A stretch of DNA of 64,000 nucleotides from Candidatus Limimorpha avicola (GTDB lineage Bacteria; Bacteroidota; Bacteroidia; Bacteroidales; F082). Positions 30,567 through 41,000 of the stretch are shown here, piece by piece; positions within the stretch are counted from its first letter, which is position 1, and each line of letters starts with the position of its first letter. The stretch spans positions 1,574 through 65,573 of the forward strand of contig DZDN01000058.1 of assembly GCA_020907925.1 (NCBI GenBank). Direction: 5' to 3'. A program made the translations under genes and the position numbers. Below the pieces are notes generated by a model that was not told the DNA's origin, made no database searches, and saw only the letters and a list, made by a program, of their open reading frames with translations.

Positions 30567-31712
30567 ATGATAAAGATAGTAACTATTATAGGAGCGAGAC
30601 CGCAGATTATCAAGGCTGCAGCATTAAGCAGAGCCATCAGGAAACACTTCAGTGATAGTATCACGGAAATAGTGGTACATACGGGACAACATTATGATGA
30701 CAACATGTCACAGGTCTTTTTTGACGAACTGAATATTCCTCAACCGGATTACAATCTCAAAGTCGGCTCTCTAAGTCACGGAAAGCAGACAGCAAAGATG
30801 ATTGAAGGTATTGAAGATATCTTAGTATCGGAAAGACCGGACTATATAGTATTATACGGCGACACAAACTCCACTTTGGCCGGCGCCATAGCAGCTTCCA
30901 AGATACACGTCCCTATCGTACATATTGAAGCCGGACTGCGTTCGTTCAATAAAAACATGCCGGAAGAGATAAACAGAATCTGCTGCGACCATTGTTCTAC
31001 CATGCTGTTCTCTCCCACTGCCACCGGATACAACAACCTCGTACGTGAAGGATTCAATCCCAACAACAAGAAAAGATTTACCATTGACAATCCCGGTATT
31101 TATCATTGCGGCGACGTGATGTATGACAACAGCAAATATTTCTCTATAATAGCCGAAAATAAAAGTGAAATCATGAAAAGAGAAAATCTCATTGGCAACA
31201 GTTTTATACTTTGTACCATACACAGAGACAGCAATACTGATAACAAAATGAGGTTAGAGTCCATCATAACGGCACTTTTAGAATTATCGGAACATGAAAC
31301 CATAGTTATACCATTGCATCCAAGGACTGAAAAGTCACTAAAGATAAATTTGAACAATGAATTATATGATAAATTTTACAGTTGTGACAACATAAGAATC
31401 ATACCGCCGGCATCATTTTTAGACATGATCAACCTTGAGAAAAGTGCAACAATGATAATGACGGACTCCGGAGGAGTACAGAAAGAAGCATATTTTTTCA
31501 ACAAACCTTGTATCATCATGCGAAGTGAGACAGAATGGAAAGAGATTGTAGAAACAGGATCTGCTGTAATTGTCGATGCAGATAAAGACAAAATAACAAG
31601 AGCATATCAAGAATATAATGAGAATCCTCCCAAACATTTTCCAAGTATTTTCGGTGACGGCTATGCAGCGGAATTTATATGTAACGAAATGATTATCAAT
31701 TCATTATCATAA
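30567..31712 (+). CDS. wecB: UDP-N-acetylglucosamine 2-epimerase (non-hydrolysing)
   Basis: IIGARPQIIK, GDTNSTLAGA, HIEAGLRS and DSGGVQKEA motifs. The ATG at 30567 is preferred over the TTG at 30555. Confidence 0.88.
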   Translation: MIKIVTIIGARPQIIKAAALSRAIRKHFSDSITEIVVHTGQHYDDNMSQVFFDELNIPQPDYNLKVGSLSHGKQTAKMIEGIEDILVSERPDYIVLYGDTNSTLAGAIAASKIHVPIVHIEAGLRSFNKNMPEEINRICCDHCSTMLFSPTATGYNNLVREGFNPNNKKRFTIDNPGIYHCGDVMYDNSKYFSIIAENKSEIMKRENLIGNSFILCTIHRDSNTDNKMRLESIITALLELSEHETIVIPLHPRTEKSLKINLNNELYDKFYSCDNIRIIPPASFLDMINLEKSATMIMTDSGGVQKEAYFFNKPCIIMRSETEWKEIVETGSAVIVDADKDKITRAYQEYNENPPKHFPSIFGDGYAAEFICNEMIINSLS

Positions 31713-31759
31713 TGATGATTTTTTTCATTCTTTTTCTTTTGGAGAAAAGAAAAAATTAT

Positions 31760-31767
31760 TAAATTTG
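31760..31767 (+). promoter_or_regulatory. Bacteroidota -7 promoter box TAAATTTG for rpsF-rpsR-rplI
   Basis: TTTG-N18-TAAATTTG arrangement 60 nt upstream of rpsF. Confidence 0.55.
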
Positions 31768-31827
31768 CACACGATATAAATAAATGTTTAATTATATTTA
31801 ATTGTTTAACAATCAATAAATTAAGTT

Positions 31828-32181
31828 ATGAATCAGTACGAAACCGTTTTCATTTTAACTCCCGTTTTGTCTGAAGAACAGATGAAGGAAGCGGTAAAGA
31901 AATTCGAAGATTTGCTGACCAACAATGGTGCAGAAATCGTATTCAAGGATTTCTGGGGAATGCGCAAATTGGCTTATCCAATTCAAAAGAAGTCATCCGG
32001 ATTCTATCAACTGATAGAATATAAAGCCGAAGGTGATGTTATCGCAACAATAGAAACTGAATTAAAACGTGACGAGCGCGTAATCCGTTTCTTGACAGTA
32101 AAACTCGACAAGCATGCTATTGCTTATAACGAGAAGAAACGCAGAAAAGCACAGGAACAAGCCGAAGCTCAGGCCAATTAA
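31828..32181 (+). CDS. rpsF: 30S ribosomal protein S6
   Basis: [13 protein letters not shown]-terminus and an acidic/basic tail. Confidence 0.92.
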   Translation: MNQYETVFILTPVLSEEQMKEAVKKFEDLLTNNGAEIVFKDFWGMRKLAYPIQKKSSGFYQLIEYKAEGDVIATIETELKRDERVIRFLTVKLDKHAIAYNEKKRRKAQEQAEAQAN

Positions 32182-32207
32182 TTGTCTAACATTAAATCTT
32201 TAAAAAA

Positions 32208-32477
32208 ATGGCACAAGCAAATTCAGAAATCAAATATTTGACTCCCATAGCAGTCGATACCAAAAAGAAAAAATATTGCCGTTTCAAAAAGAATCGCATC
32301 AAATATATTGATTATAAAGATGCTGATTTCCTTTTGAGATTCGTTAACGAACAAGGTAAGATATTACCTCGCCGTATCACCGGTACATCTACAAAATATC
32401 AGAGAAAAGTTGCTCAGGCTGTCAAGAGAGCACGTCATCTTGCATTAATGCCTTACGTAGCCGATATGTTGAAATAA
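32208..32477 (+). CDS. rpsR: 30S ribosomal protein S18
   Basis: CRF.....IDYKD...L..F......ILPRRITG pattern. Confidence 0.92.
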   Translation: MAQANSEIKYLTPIAVDTKKKKYCRFKKNRIKYIDYKDADFLLRFVNEQGKILPRRITGTSTKYQRKVAQAVKRARHLALMPYVADMLK

Positions 32478-32492
32478 TTAGGAGGACAAGAC

Positions 32493-32942
32493 ATGGAAAT
32501 TATTCTTATACAAGACGTTAAAAATTTGGGATATAAAAATGACATCGTCAATGTAAAACCGGGATATGCCCGTAATTATCTCATCCCTCAAGGCTATGCA
32601 ATAGTTGCATCATCTTCAGCACGTAAAATCCTTGCCGAGAATATTCGTCAACAAATGTTCAAACAGGAAAAAATAAAGAAACAGGCAGAAGACATAGCAG
32701 CATTATTGGAAGGTCTCAATTTGCGTATTCCTGCCAAAGCCGCTGCAACAGGCAAGATTTTCGGTTCTGTAAACAACGTTCAAATAGCTGACGCTATTAA
32801 AGAAGCAAAAAATATTGACATCGACCGTAAACAAATCATGATTGACAACGAAAGCATCAAAGAAATAGGTAATTATACCGCTAAAGTTAAATTACACAAA
32901 GATGTAGTTGTAGAAATCAGTTTTGAAGTTTTTGCTGAATAA
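32493..32942 (+). CDS. rplI: 50S ribosomal protein L9
   Basis: MEIILIQDVKNLGYKNDIVNVKPGYARNYLIPQG N-terminus. Confidence 0.92.
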   Translation: MEIILIQDVKNLGYKNDIVNVKPGYARNYLIPQGYAIVASSSARKILAENIRQQMFKQEKIKKQAEDIAALLEGLNLRIPAKAAATGKIFGSVNNVQIADAIKEAKNIDIDRKQIMIDNESIKEIGNYTAKVKLHKDVVVEISFEVFAE

Positions 32943-32975
32943 TAAATATAAAATATTTTTCATATTAAGCTTTTG

Positions 32976-33004
32976 AAGCCGGAGTCATGACTTCGGCTTT
33001 TTTT
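32976..33004 (+). terminator. Intrinsic terminator after rplI
   Basis: Stem AAGCCGGAGTC/GACTTCGGCTT followed by a T-run. Confidence 0.75.
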
Positions 33005-33063
33005 CATACCTGCAAAAACAGTAAGTTTTAAAGCGATATGACACGACAATATGTAAAGTTATT

Positions 33064-33071
33064 TACTTTTG
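33064..33071 (+). promoter_or_regulatory. Bacteroidota -7 promoter box TACTTTTG
   Basis: TAnnTTTG motif 22 nt upstream of the ATG at 33093. Confidence 0.45.
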
Positions 33072-33092
33072 CATAACTAAAATCAAGAAGTG

Positions 33093-33845
33093 ATGAATAA
33101 TAGTGAGATTAAAAAAATAGCATCATTAAAACAGACAAAATATAGAAAGGAATCAGGATTGTTTACTGTTGAAGGTAATAAGTTGGTACAGGAACTGATA
33201 AACAGCAGATTCAACATTGACAGCATCACAGTAACAGCTTCATGGATAGAAAAAAATAAAAATCTTGCAGAAAAACTGCCCAAATATGACATTATCACGT
33301 CAAAACAAATGACTCAGATAAGCAATATGGTTACACCTCCCGGTATCTTGGCAACTGCTGCAACACCTGAATATCATATTGACTCCAAAGACAGTGAACA
33401 TGAGATGCTGCTAATGTTAGACGGCATCAATGACCCTGGCAACTTGGGCACCATCATCAGAACGGCAGACTGGTTTGGGATTAATAAGATTGTAACCAGC
33501 GAAGATACGAGTGAACCATGGCAGCCCAAAGTCATTCAATCATCCATGGGATCAATATTTAGAATAAAAATTATGGAATGTGACATTGTGAAATTTCTTA
33601 ATGAAGTTAAAACGCCCGTTTATGGAGCTTTGATGGAAGGTAAAGACATTTACAACACCCATATAATTGGGAACAAAGGAGTCATAATAATTGGCAGCGA
33701 GTCACATGGAATAAGAAAGAATATCATGCAAAATATCAGTTGTCCTGTCAACATACCTAGAGGTAATGGCAGGATGACAGAATCGCTGAATGCATCCATA
33801 GCTGCAGGAATAATTATGTCTGAAATATTCAGAAAGAACAGATGA
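33093..33845 (+). CDS. TrmH/SpoU-family RNA 2'-O-methyltransferase
   Basis: SPOUT motifs (DGINDPGNLGTIIRTA, IIGSESHGI, LNASIAAGI). The ATG lies one codon after the track's GTG. Confidence 0.8.
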   Translation: MNNSEIKKIASLKQTKYRKESGLFTVEGNKLVQELINSRFNIDSITVTASWIEKNKNLAEKLPKYDIITSKQMTQISNMVTPPGILATAATPEYHIDSKDSEHEMLLMLDGINDPGNLGTIIRTADWFGINKIVTSEDTSEPWQPKVIQSSMGSIFRIKIMECDIVKFLNEVKTPVYGALMEGKDIYNTHIIGNKGVIIIGSESHGIRKNIMQNISCPVNIPRGNGRMTESLNASIAAGIIMSEIFRKNR

Positions 33846-33896
33846 TAAAAACTTGATTTTTAAGTAAAAATATTTTGTCAAATGCGATGAAGATAT

Positions 33897-34385
33897 TTAG
33901 ACAACTTTTTTACATTTCCCACTATATTCTATAATATCCAATCTTATAATCTCGGTTCTGAAAAACGATTTCTCTGCATATTTCAGTCCAACAGACATAT
34001 CTTGTAAAGAATATTTCTTTAATATAAGTTCCAATGCATGTTTCCTTTCATCAACAGGGAGTCCGACATTTGCAGTACATCTTAACACTACACTTTCATA
34101 TTCTGTAGTAAATTTTTTTGAAATAACATTAGTATTTCCCACAATACAAAATGAAACATTTGAATTTAATGCAATACAACGCAACTTACGACCTTCCGGA
34201 GCACAATGTATATAAATTGAGGTCGCGCCGTCCCATACGAAATTAACAGGAACACCATAAGCACTATTCTCCGTATCATCAATCATTGACAAAACGCCAT
34301 ATTCTCCACAACGCAATAAAATCAAGGCTTTCTCCTCTTCCAAAAGACGGTCCTGCCTTCTTACTTTGTCATTAACATATTTCAT
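33897..34385 (-). CDS. Pyridoxamine 5'-phosphate oxidase-fold flavoprotein, Nim-type (Pyridox_ox_2-like)
   Basis: About 160 aa. The pattern RRQDR.L...E....L....YGVLSM......AYGVPVNFV.D....IYIHCA.EG.K resembles Nim/PNPOx split-barrel proteins as I remember them. Confidence 0.6.
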   Translation of the reverse strand: MKYVNDKVRRQDRLLEEEKALILLRCGEYGVLSMIDDTENSAYGVPVNFVWDGATSIYIHCAPEGRKLRCIALNSNVSFCIVGNTNVISKKFTTEYESVVLRCTANVGLPVDERKHALELILKKYSLQDMSVGLKYAEKSFFRTEIIRLDIIEYSGKCKKVV

Positions 34386-34436
34386 AAACACATATTAAAA
34401 AAACATACCACAAATACGGCAAAAATATATTAAACA

Positions 34437-34823
34437 TTAAACTTTATTCAAATATTTCACTATTGAGACAATATTTTCATTGACAACAGAAAAAGCATAA
34501 TCATAAACTACAAAATAATCAACCCCCTTCTTTGTTTTATACAACCCGGTAAAATATTCATAATCAAAACCAAGTGAATCCATTTCCTGTTTAGGCACAA
34601 GCACTCTTCCACAACCGCAAAGAGAATGCAATATCTTTCGATTGTGTTGCAATACAGAATTAATCCTTTTTATATACGAAGTTCTTTGTGTATTTATTTT
34701 ATAATAGTAATTATTTCGACAATAGTCATCACAAAATTTTTTATCGGAACGACCTTTCAATTCTGCTCCGCAATAATGACATATTTTATTAAATTTGGCA
34801 ATAACATTATTCATAAGCATCAA
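34437..34823 (-). CDS. Hypothetical Cys-rich (zinc-ribbon-like) protein
   Basis: CHYCG...(12)...CDDYC motif at the N-terminus. It overlaps the upstream DUF4159 gene by 4 nt. Confidence 0.5.
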   Translation of the reverse strand: MMLMNNVIAKFNKICHYCGAELKGRSDKKFCDDYCRNNYYYKINTQRTSYIKRINSVLQHNRKILHSLCGCGRVLVPKQEMDSLGFDYEYFTGLYKTKKGVDYFVVYDYAFSVVNENIVSIVKYLNKV

Positions 34824-35491
34824 TATGAGAATACATATTCAATAATATTAGCTCCCATTTTCAACGCTTTTAGACGCACTTCGTCAGAATCTTTATGAAC
34901 ACGTTGGTCCTCCCAACCATCACCGAGGTCACATTCATAAGTAAAGAGACAAACCATTCTTCCTTCATAAAACAAAGCAAAGGCTTGAGGTGCTTTCATA
35001 TCATGTTCATGAATCTTGGGCAACCCATCCGGGAAAGAATAAGGTTTTTCGAAGATAGGATGTGAATAAGGCAATTCCGTCCAATCGAGGTCAGGAAACA
35101 CCTTTTTCATTTCTCTCATAACAAAATCCTTTATACCATAATTATCATCTATATGAAGGAATCCACCGGCGAGAAGATACTTGCGCAAATTGGCTGCCTC
35201 AGCATCACTAAAAGTTATATTGCCATGACCGGTAGCATGAACAAAAGGATAATTGAAAATATCAGGACTTCCCACATCCACTGTAGCGATATTTGTATTA
35301 AGTTCTGTATGAAGTTCCTGATTGCAAAACTTGACAAGATTAGGAAGTGATGTAGGATTAGCATACCAGTCTCCGCCACCTCTGTACTTCAACAAGGCTA
35401 TAGATATCGGTTGAGAGCACAAAAGTCCCGGAACAAACATCACAAAAAACAAGACAACTACATTCAATCGAGATAAAACATTAAAAGACAT
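34820..35491 (-). CDS. DUF4159 domain protein
   Basis: Signal/TM segment followed by LKYRGGGDWYANPTSLPNL, typical of DUF4159. Confidence 0.7.
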   Translation of the reverse strand: MSFNVLSRLNVVVLFFVMFVPGLLCSQPISIALLKYRGGGDWYANPTSLPNLVKFCNQELHTELNTNIATVDVGSPDIFNYPFVHATGHGNITFSDAEAANLRKYLLAGGFLHIDDNYGIKDFVMREMKKVFPDLDWTELPYSHPIFEKPYSFPDGLPKIHEHDMKAPQAFALFYEGRMVCLFTYECDLGDGWEDQRVHKDSDEVRLKALKMGANIIEYVFSY

Positions 35492-35495
35492 AACA

Positions 35496-36206
35496 TTACC
35501 CTTTCATTTGATTTATTAACTGGACAGTATGACAAGCCACCAATGCCGCTGTTTCAGTTCTAAGACGGGCATGACCAAGACTAACTGGGATAAAGCCATA
35601 ATCCATTGCGACCCTCACTTCTTCCGGACTAAAATCACCTTCCGGACCTATCAAAATCAACACATTATCTCCTTTTTTATATATATCACACAATTGTTCA
35701 GTAACATTTTCACTGATATAAGCAATATACTTCTTCCCATCAAAAGGTTGTTTCACAAGTGTTTCTAACGACACCACATCTTCTATCAATGGCAATTTCG
35801 ACTTTATCGACTGTTTCAAGGCAGCTATCATAACTTTTCTAAATCTGTCAACATTAGCAACTTTACGTTCTGAATGACATGAAGCAAAAAGTTTGACCTT
35901 ATCTATACCTATCTCTGTCGCTTTTTCAAGAAACCATTCTGTTCTGTCGTTTGACTTTGTCGGTGCTATTGCTATTTCCAAAACAAAATCTTTATTGTCA
36001 TATCCAGCATATTCATTATACAAAGACGCCACTGCTTTCTTTGGATTTGCATCTAATAATTCCGCATCAAACAAAGAACCTTTCCCATTCGAGACGCAGA
36101 AACGATCTCCTTCCTTCATTCTGAGTACTTTTACACAATGTTTTGACTCTTCTTCAGGCAAAGAGATCATTCCCAATTTTGCGTCCGACAAGAAAAATAC
36201 ATTCAT
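35496..36206 (-). CDS. rsmE: 16S rRNA (uracil1498-N3)-methyltransferase
   Basis: RsmE/SPOUT pattern (HCVKVLRMKEGD, IGPEGDFSPEE, LGHARLRTETAA). Confidence 0.85.
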   Translation of the reverse strand: MNVFFLSDAKLGMISLPEEESKHCVKVLRMKEGDRFCVSNGKGSLFDAELLDANPKKAVASLYNEYAGYDNKDFVLEIAIAPTKSNDRTEWFLEKATEIGIDKVKLFASCHSERKVANVDRFRKVMIAALKQSIKSKLPLIEDVVSLETLVKQPFDGKKYIAYISENVTEQLCDIYKKGDNVLILIGPEGDFSPEEVRVAMDYGFIPVSLGHARLRTETAALVACHTVQLINQMKG

Positions 36207-36217
36207 AATATGTCAAC

Positions 36218-38029
36218 TTACATTCTTTCCGGCATCGATATGCCCAACAATTCTCCTACATTACGCAACAATTTTGCCGTCATATCCGCCAACTGCAAAC
36301 GGAAAAGCCTGCGGTCTTCATTTTCTTCCTTCAAAATACTGCACTCCTGATAAAACTGATTGAACTCCTTACACAAATCATAAATATAATTTGCTATCAT
36401 GGCAGGACTTCTATTTATTGCAGCCTGGTCAAGTAACATCGGCCAATTATAAATACTCACCAATAAAGGTTTTTCTTTTGGCATTATATCCGACACTGTC
36501 ACATCATCACTTGGCGTGATACCCAATTCAGAAGCCTTTCTTAACACCGAACATATACGTGCATGAGTATATTGAATAAATGAACCTGTATTACCATTAA
36601 AATCTATTGACTCTTTAGGGTCGAACAACATGGTCTTTTTAGGATCAACCTTAAGAATAAAATATTTCAATGCTCCCAGACCTATAGTATTATACAAAGC
36701 ATCAGCCTCCTGTGCAGACAAGTCACGAGCCTTGCCGAGTTCCTCAGAAACAGACCTTGCTGTTGCCACCATTTCATCCATAAGATCATCAGCATCGACG
36801 ACTGTCCCTTCACGTGATTTCATCTTGCCACTTGGCAACTCCACCATACCATAAGATAAATGTTCTATGTTATTACCCCATTCATAGCCTAAACGAACAA
36901 GTACTTTTTTCAGTACATCGAAATGATAATTCTGTTCATTACCAACGACATATATCATTTTCTCAGGTTTATATTCGTTATACCTCAACTGAGCCGTTCC
37001 AATATCCTGTGTCATATATACCGAAGTGCCATCTCTACGCAACAACAGTTTTTCATCAAGACCTTCGTCCGTAAGGTCGCACCATACTGATTTATCAGGA
37101 CGTTGATAAAGAACTCCTCTCTCCAAACCTTCCATCACAGTACTTTTTCCCAACAAATATGTCTGCGATTCATAATACACTTTGTCAAATGAAACGCCGA
37201 GACGTTTATATGTGACATCGAAACCATCATAAACCCATTGATTCATCATCTCCCAGAGATGACGCACCTCAGGATCACCAGCCTCCCATTGACGTAACAT
37301 CTCGCGTGTCTCTCTCATCAATGAAGATGCTTCCTCTGCAGCAATCTTAGCTTTTTCTTTTGCATCATCATCAAGTTGATCAAAGTTTTCAGGAAGTAAA
37401 CTCTTGACTTCAGCTTTGAAATTCTTATCAAACAACACATAGAAATCACCTATCAAATGGTCGCCTTTTTTTCCTGTTGAAGTCGGTGTGCAACCATTAC
37501 CCCATTTTTTCCAAGCAATCATACTTTTACAAATATGAATACCTCTATCATTTACAAGATTCACACGTACAACATTCTTTCCGGAAGCTTTCAAAATCTC
37601 AGAAACACTCCAACCAAGAAGATTGTTACGAATATGTCCTAAATGCAAAGGCTTATTGGTATTGGGAGAAGAATACTCAACAACTACAGGAGCACCTTCA
37701 ATCTTTTTAAATCCGAACTTCTCAACCCTATGATTATCTCGGAAGAATGACAACCAATAATTATCAGAAATAACCAAATTAAGAAAACCTTTTATGACAT
37801 TGTATTTTGCAATAAATGCACTTTCTCTAATCATCTCTTTCCCTATTTCATTTGCAAGAATTTCCGGAGATTTACCTGCAATCTTCACAAACGGGAATAC
37901 CACTATTGTGAGGTCTCCTTCAAATTCAGGACGTGTCTTTTGAAAAACCACCTGCTGAACCGGAGGTTCCTGACCATAAAGTTTCTTAAAAGAATCGATA
38001 AAAATCTGTTTTAAAACTTCTTCCAACAT
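36218..38029 (-). CDS. argS: Arginine--tRNA ligase
   Basis: Class I HIGH variant (PNTNKPLHLGHIRN), an MSKR-like KMKSREG motif, and a DALR anticodon-binding C-terminus. Confidence 0.92.
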   Translation of the reverse strand: MLEEVLKQIFIDSFKKLYGQEPPVQQVVFQKTRPEFEGDLTIVVFPFVKIAGKSPEILANEIGKEMIRESAFIAKYNVIKGFLNLVISDNYWLSFFRDNHRVEKFGFKKIEGAPVVVEYSSPNTNKPLHLGHIRNNLLGWSVSEILKASGKNVVRVNLVNDRGIHICKSMIAWKKWGNGCTPTSTGKKGDHLIGDFYVLFDKNFKAEVKSLLPENFDQLDDDAKEKAKIAAEEASSLMRETREMLRQWEAGDPEVRHLWEMMNQWVYDGFDVTYKRLGVSFDKVYYESQTYLLGKSTVMEGLERGVLYQRPDKSVWCDLTDEGLDEKLLLRRDGTSVYMTQDIGTAQLRYNEYKPEKMIYVVGNEQNYHFDVLKKVLVRLGYEWGNNIEHLSYGMVELPSGKMKSREGTVVDADDLMDEMVATARSVSEELGKARDLSAQEADALYNTIGLGALKYFILKVDPKKTMLFDPKESIDFNGNTGSFIQYTHARICSVLRKASELGITPSDDVTVSDIMPKEKPLLVSIYNWPMLLDQAAINRSPAMIANYIYDLCKEFNQFYQECSILKEENEDRRLFRLQLADMTAKLLRNVGELLGISMPERM

Positions 38030-38051
38030 AATTATTTCTGTTTATTCGCTG

Positions 38052-38059
38052 CAAAGTTA
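38052..38059 (-). promoter_or_regulatory. Bacteroidota -7 promoter box TAACTTTG (minus strand) for argS
   Basis: CAAAGTTA on the plus strand, 23 nt upstream of the argS ATG and only 32 nt after the RHS stop codon. Confidence 0.5.
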
Positions 38060-38090
38060 ACAAAAAACGAACGTATAATCTTTAATTTTA

Positions 38091-41000
38091 TCAAAGTTTA
38101 AACGGTTTTGTCTGTTTATTTGAAAACATAGACATAAATAACGAGAAATTCATATCTCCTGTCCAAGTTCTACTGAAGCTGATAGGCACCACCTCAATAA
38201 TTTGTGCCGGAAGCATAGCGAACATGACACTTTTAACATATATCTTACCATTATCAATTACCACTTCATCAATACATCTAATTATTTCACAATTTCTATC
38301 TTCCGGCGAAAGTGTGTTTCTCAGTTCATTTTCAAAATGTGCCACTTGTTGGTCTGCCCAATCGGATGCATAGGCATGCTGAGTTAGAACATCATAAAAT
38401 ATCGGTATCAATATGCTGAAATCAAAACCGACATAACCCGGTCTAAAATTTTGAAAAACATATTTCCCGGCAAAAAGATTATCAAAGAAACTTGATGCTG
38501 TTTGTACTATAACATGTTTTGCAACATGTGAATTAGCAAGAAAATCGCACACTCTCAAACCCTCTTCATTATCTTTAGGAGCATGAATATATGCACATAA
38601 TGTTGATTTAGACAAACCTTTTCCGACACCACCCCAAAATGACTTTGTAACTTCAGACCAATTTACAGAATTATAATCTCCACTCCCATCATAATTTGCT
38701 ATGAATGAATTGGTTCCTGCCACAAGACCTCCTATTGCAGCATTACTCATGACTTGTACAATCCACGATGCAGAGATAACACCCTGTGAAACACAGCCTT
38801 GAATAAAGCCGGCTCCAAACGCCAACAATCCTTCCCCAAAAGTATCAATATTAGGTATATTTTTAATAATATTAAAAACACCACCACACAAACCTTGTAC
38901 GAGCCACTCTATCCACTCTCCTGTCGGGTCATTATATGACAACGGATTATTCAAACAATAACTGTACCTGTTATAATTCTGCGACATGTCTGGCAATTGG
39001 ACATTATTGTCAGGACTTAACATCATCGACATTAACGGATCATACATCCTTCCATTCATATTTATAAGTCCGAAATCCTTCAAATGCTCATGCCCTGTAA
39101 ATCCTCTGTCACACAACATATCACCATTATATGTGCCAGACCACGTATCTGCATTCCTTAAATTCCCCCACGCATCAAAACTCAATTCCTGTATTTTATT
39201 ACCATTTTCATCAGTAATAATATTCCATGAACCCAAATGGTCTTTATAAATAAAATAAAAACCTCTATCTCCTTCCGGTGTCAACACTTCTACAGCAAAC
39301 ACCCCAGCAGGACTTTGAATATATGTATATACAGTTGTCTTATTATTCTCAGTAACATATTCACAACCTCCGACATAGACCTTCTCAAGGGACTTGCCAT
39401 CTACCACTGATGTCACTTTACAGCGCTCATAATCAAAACCGTATTGAAAAGCAATCGTATTGTCTCCACTAATTATTTTATCCACTTTATCAAACATAGT
39501 ATAAGTAATTGTATGATTTATCCCTTCAATATCAACTTCTCCAAGTTTAGCCTTTACAATTGCATTTGGCTTTTCTGTATCATACTCTGCTTCAAAATAT
39601 ATATCTTTGCCATCCACAGATTTGCTATTGATATTTCCCAAAACATCATATTGCATTATTCCTGTAGTCATTCCATTGCGCCGTATTTTCGTAAGTCTGT
39701 CATATTTATCATATTCAAATTCCTCAGAAACCTTTGTTCCGGTATATTTACTACGCCCGGTAAGATTGCCGTTGCCATCGTATGAATATACAAGATTCTG
39801 TAATTCAAAATCACCTTTTTTTGTTAATATAGACAACAATCTGTTATTCAAATCATCATAAGAGAACTCTGATACACAACCATTGGCAGTCTCAAATTCC
39901 ACAATATTACCAAATGAATCGACTTTGTTGGCTGTCCAAATCACTTTCTCTCTATCGACATCAATTATCGACCTACAATACCCTGAATTTGAATATACAT
40001 TTTTTATTGTCAATCCACTTGGAAATGTCTCTTCCAATTTCCGTCCAACTTCATCATAAGTAAATGATGTAGAATACATTTCACCATCAATCATCTCATC
40101 AACCGATGTAACACGCAACAATTCATCATAATTATATGTAATCACCTGATTATCACCACATATTATCTTTTTTAACAAACCAATTTCACCATCATTATCT
40201 TCATAAATCCATTCAGTAACAATTTCCTTACCGGTATGTACGTCCTTATCAACACGTCTGACAGTTTGTCCTACAGCATTATAACTATATGTTGTAACAT
40301 TATTTTCCGGATAAATCATTTTAACAAGATTGTCAGCAGCATCATATTCATAGCACAAAACACCACCATTAGGGTCAGACAACCTCTTTTTATTGCCACG
40401 ATTATCATATTCCACATTGATGACTGTATTTTCATTACCAAGAATTTTAGCAGATTTAATATTTCCACTACTATAATAGTCATACACCACAGACGCTCCA
40501 CCATTATCTTCAGTCTCAATTAACCATCCCATAGGATTTGTCTTTTTAATCTTTTTTCTGACAGTACCATCATTCAAATAAGTTGTCAACACAACATTAT
40601 AGCCATCATATTGATATACAGCACGAGTGCCATCAGGACGACTCTCCTCTGTCAATCTTCCAAAAATATCGTATGTAAACGACACATAATCAACATTATC
40701 ACCTCTATAATATGGCAATGATTTTTTTACAAGATTCCCATTGTCATCATATTTCATGTCAACAAATACAGCATCACCATTAAGGTTAAAACTTACATTT
40801 CTCAACTCTTTACCTGTCTTATGATAAAAAGTCATAGTCTCAGCCTTGCCTGTAGTCTTGTCCCAAATATAATAAGATGCCCCCTCAGGTGCATATTCAT
40901 TACCTTCAGACCACAACTTAACCTTCACATTTCTAATACCGTCAGCCATAATTACATCCTGTCTAACTCCAAATGGATCTTCCAGTCTATTTGTAGTAAA

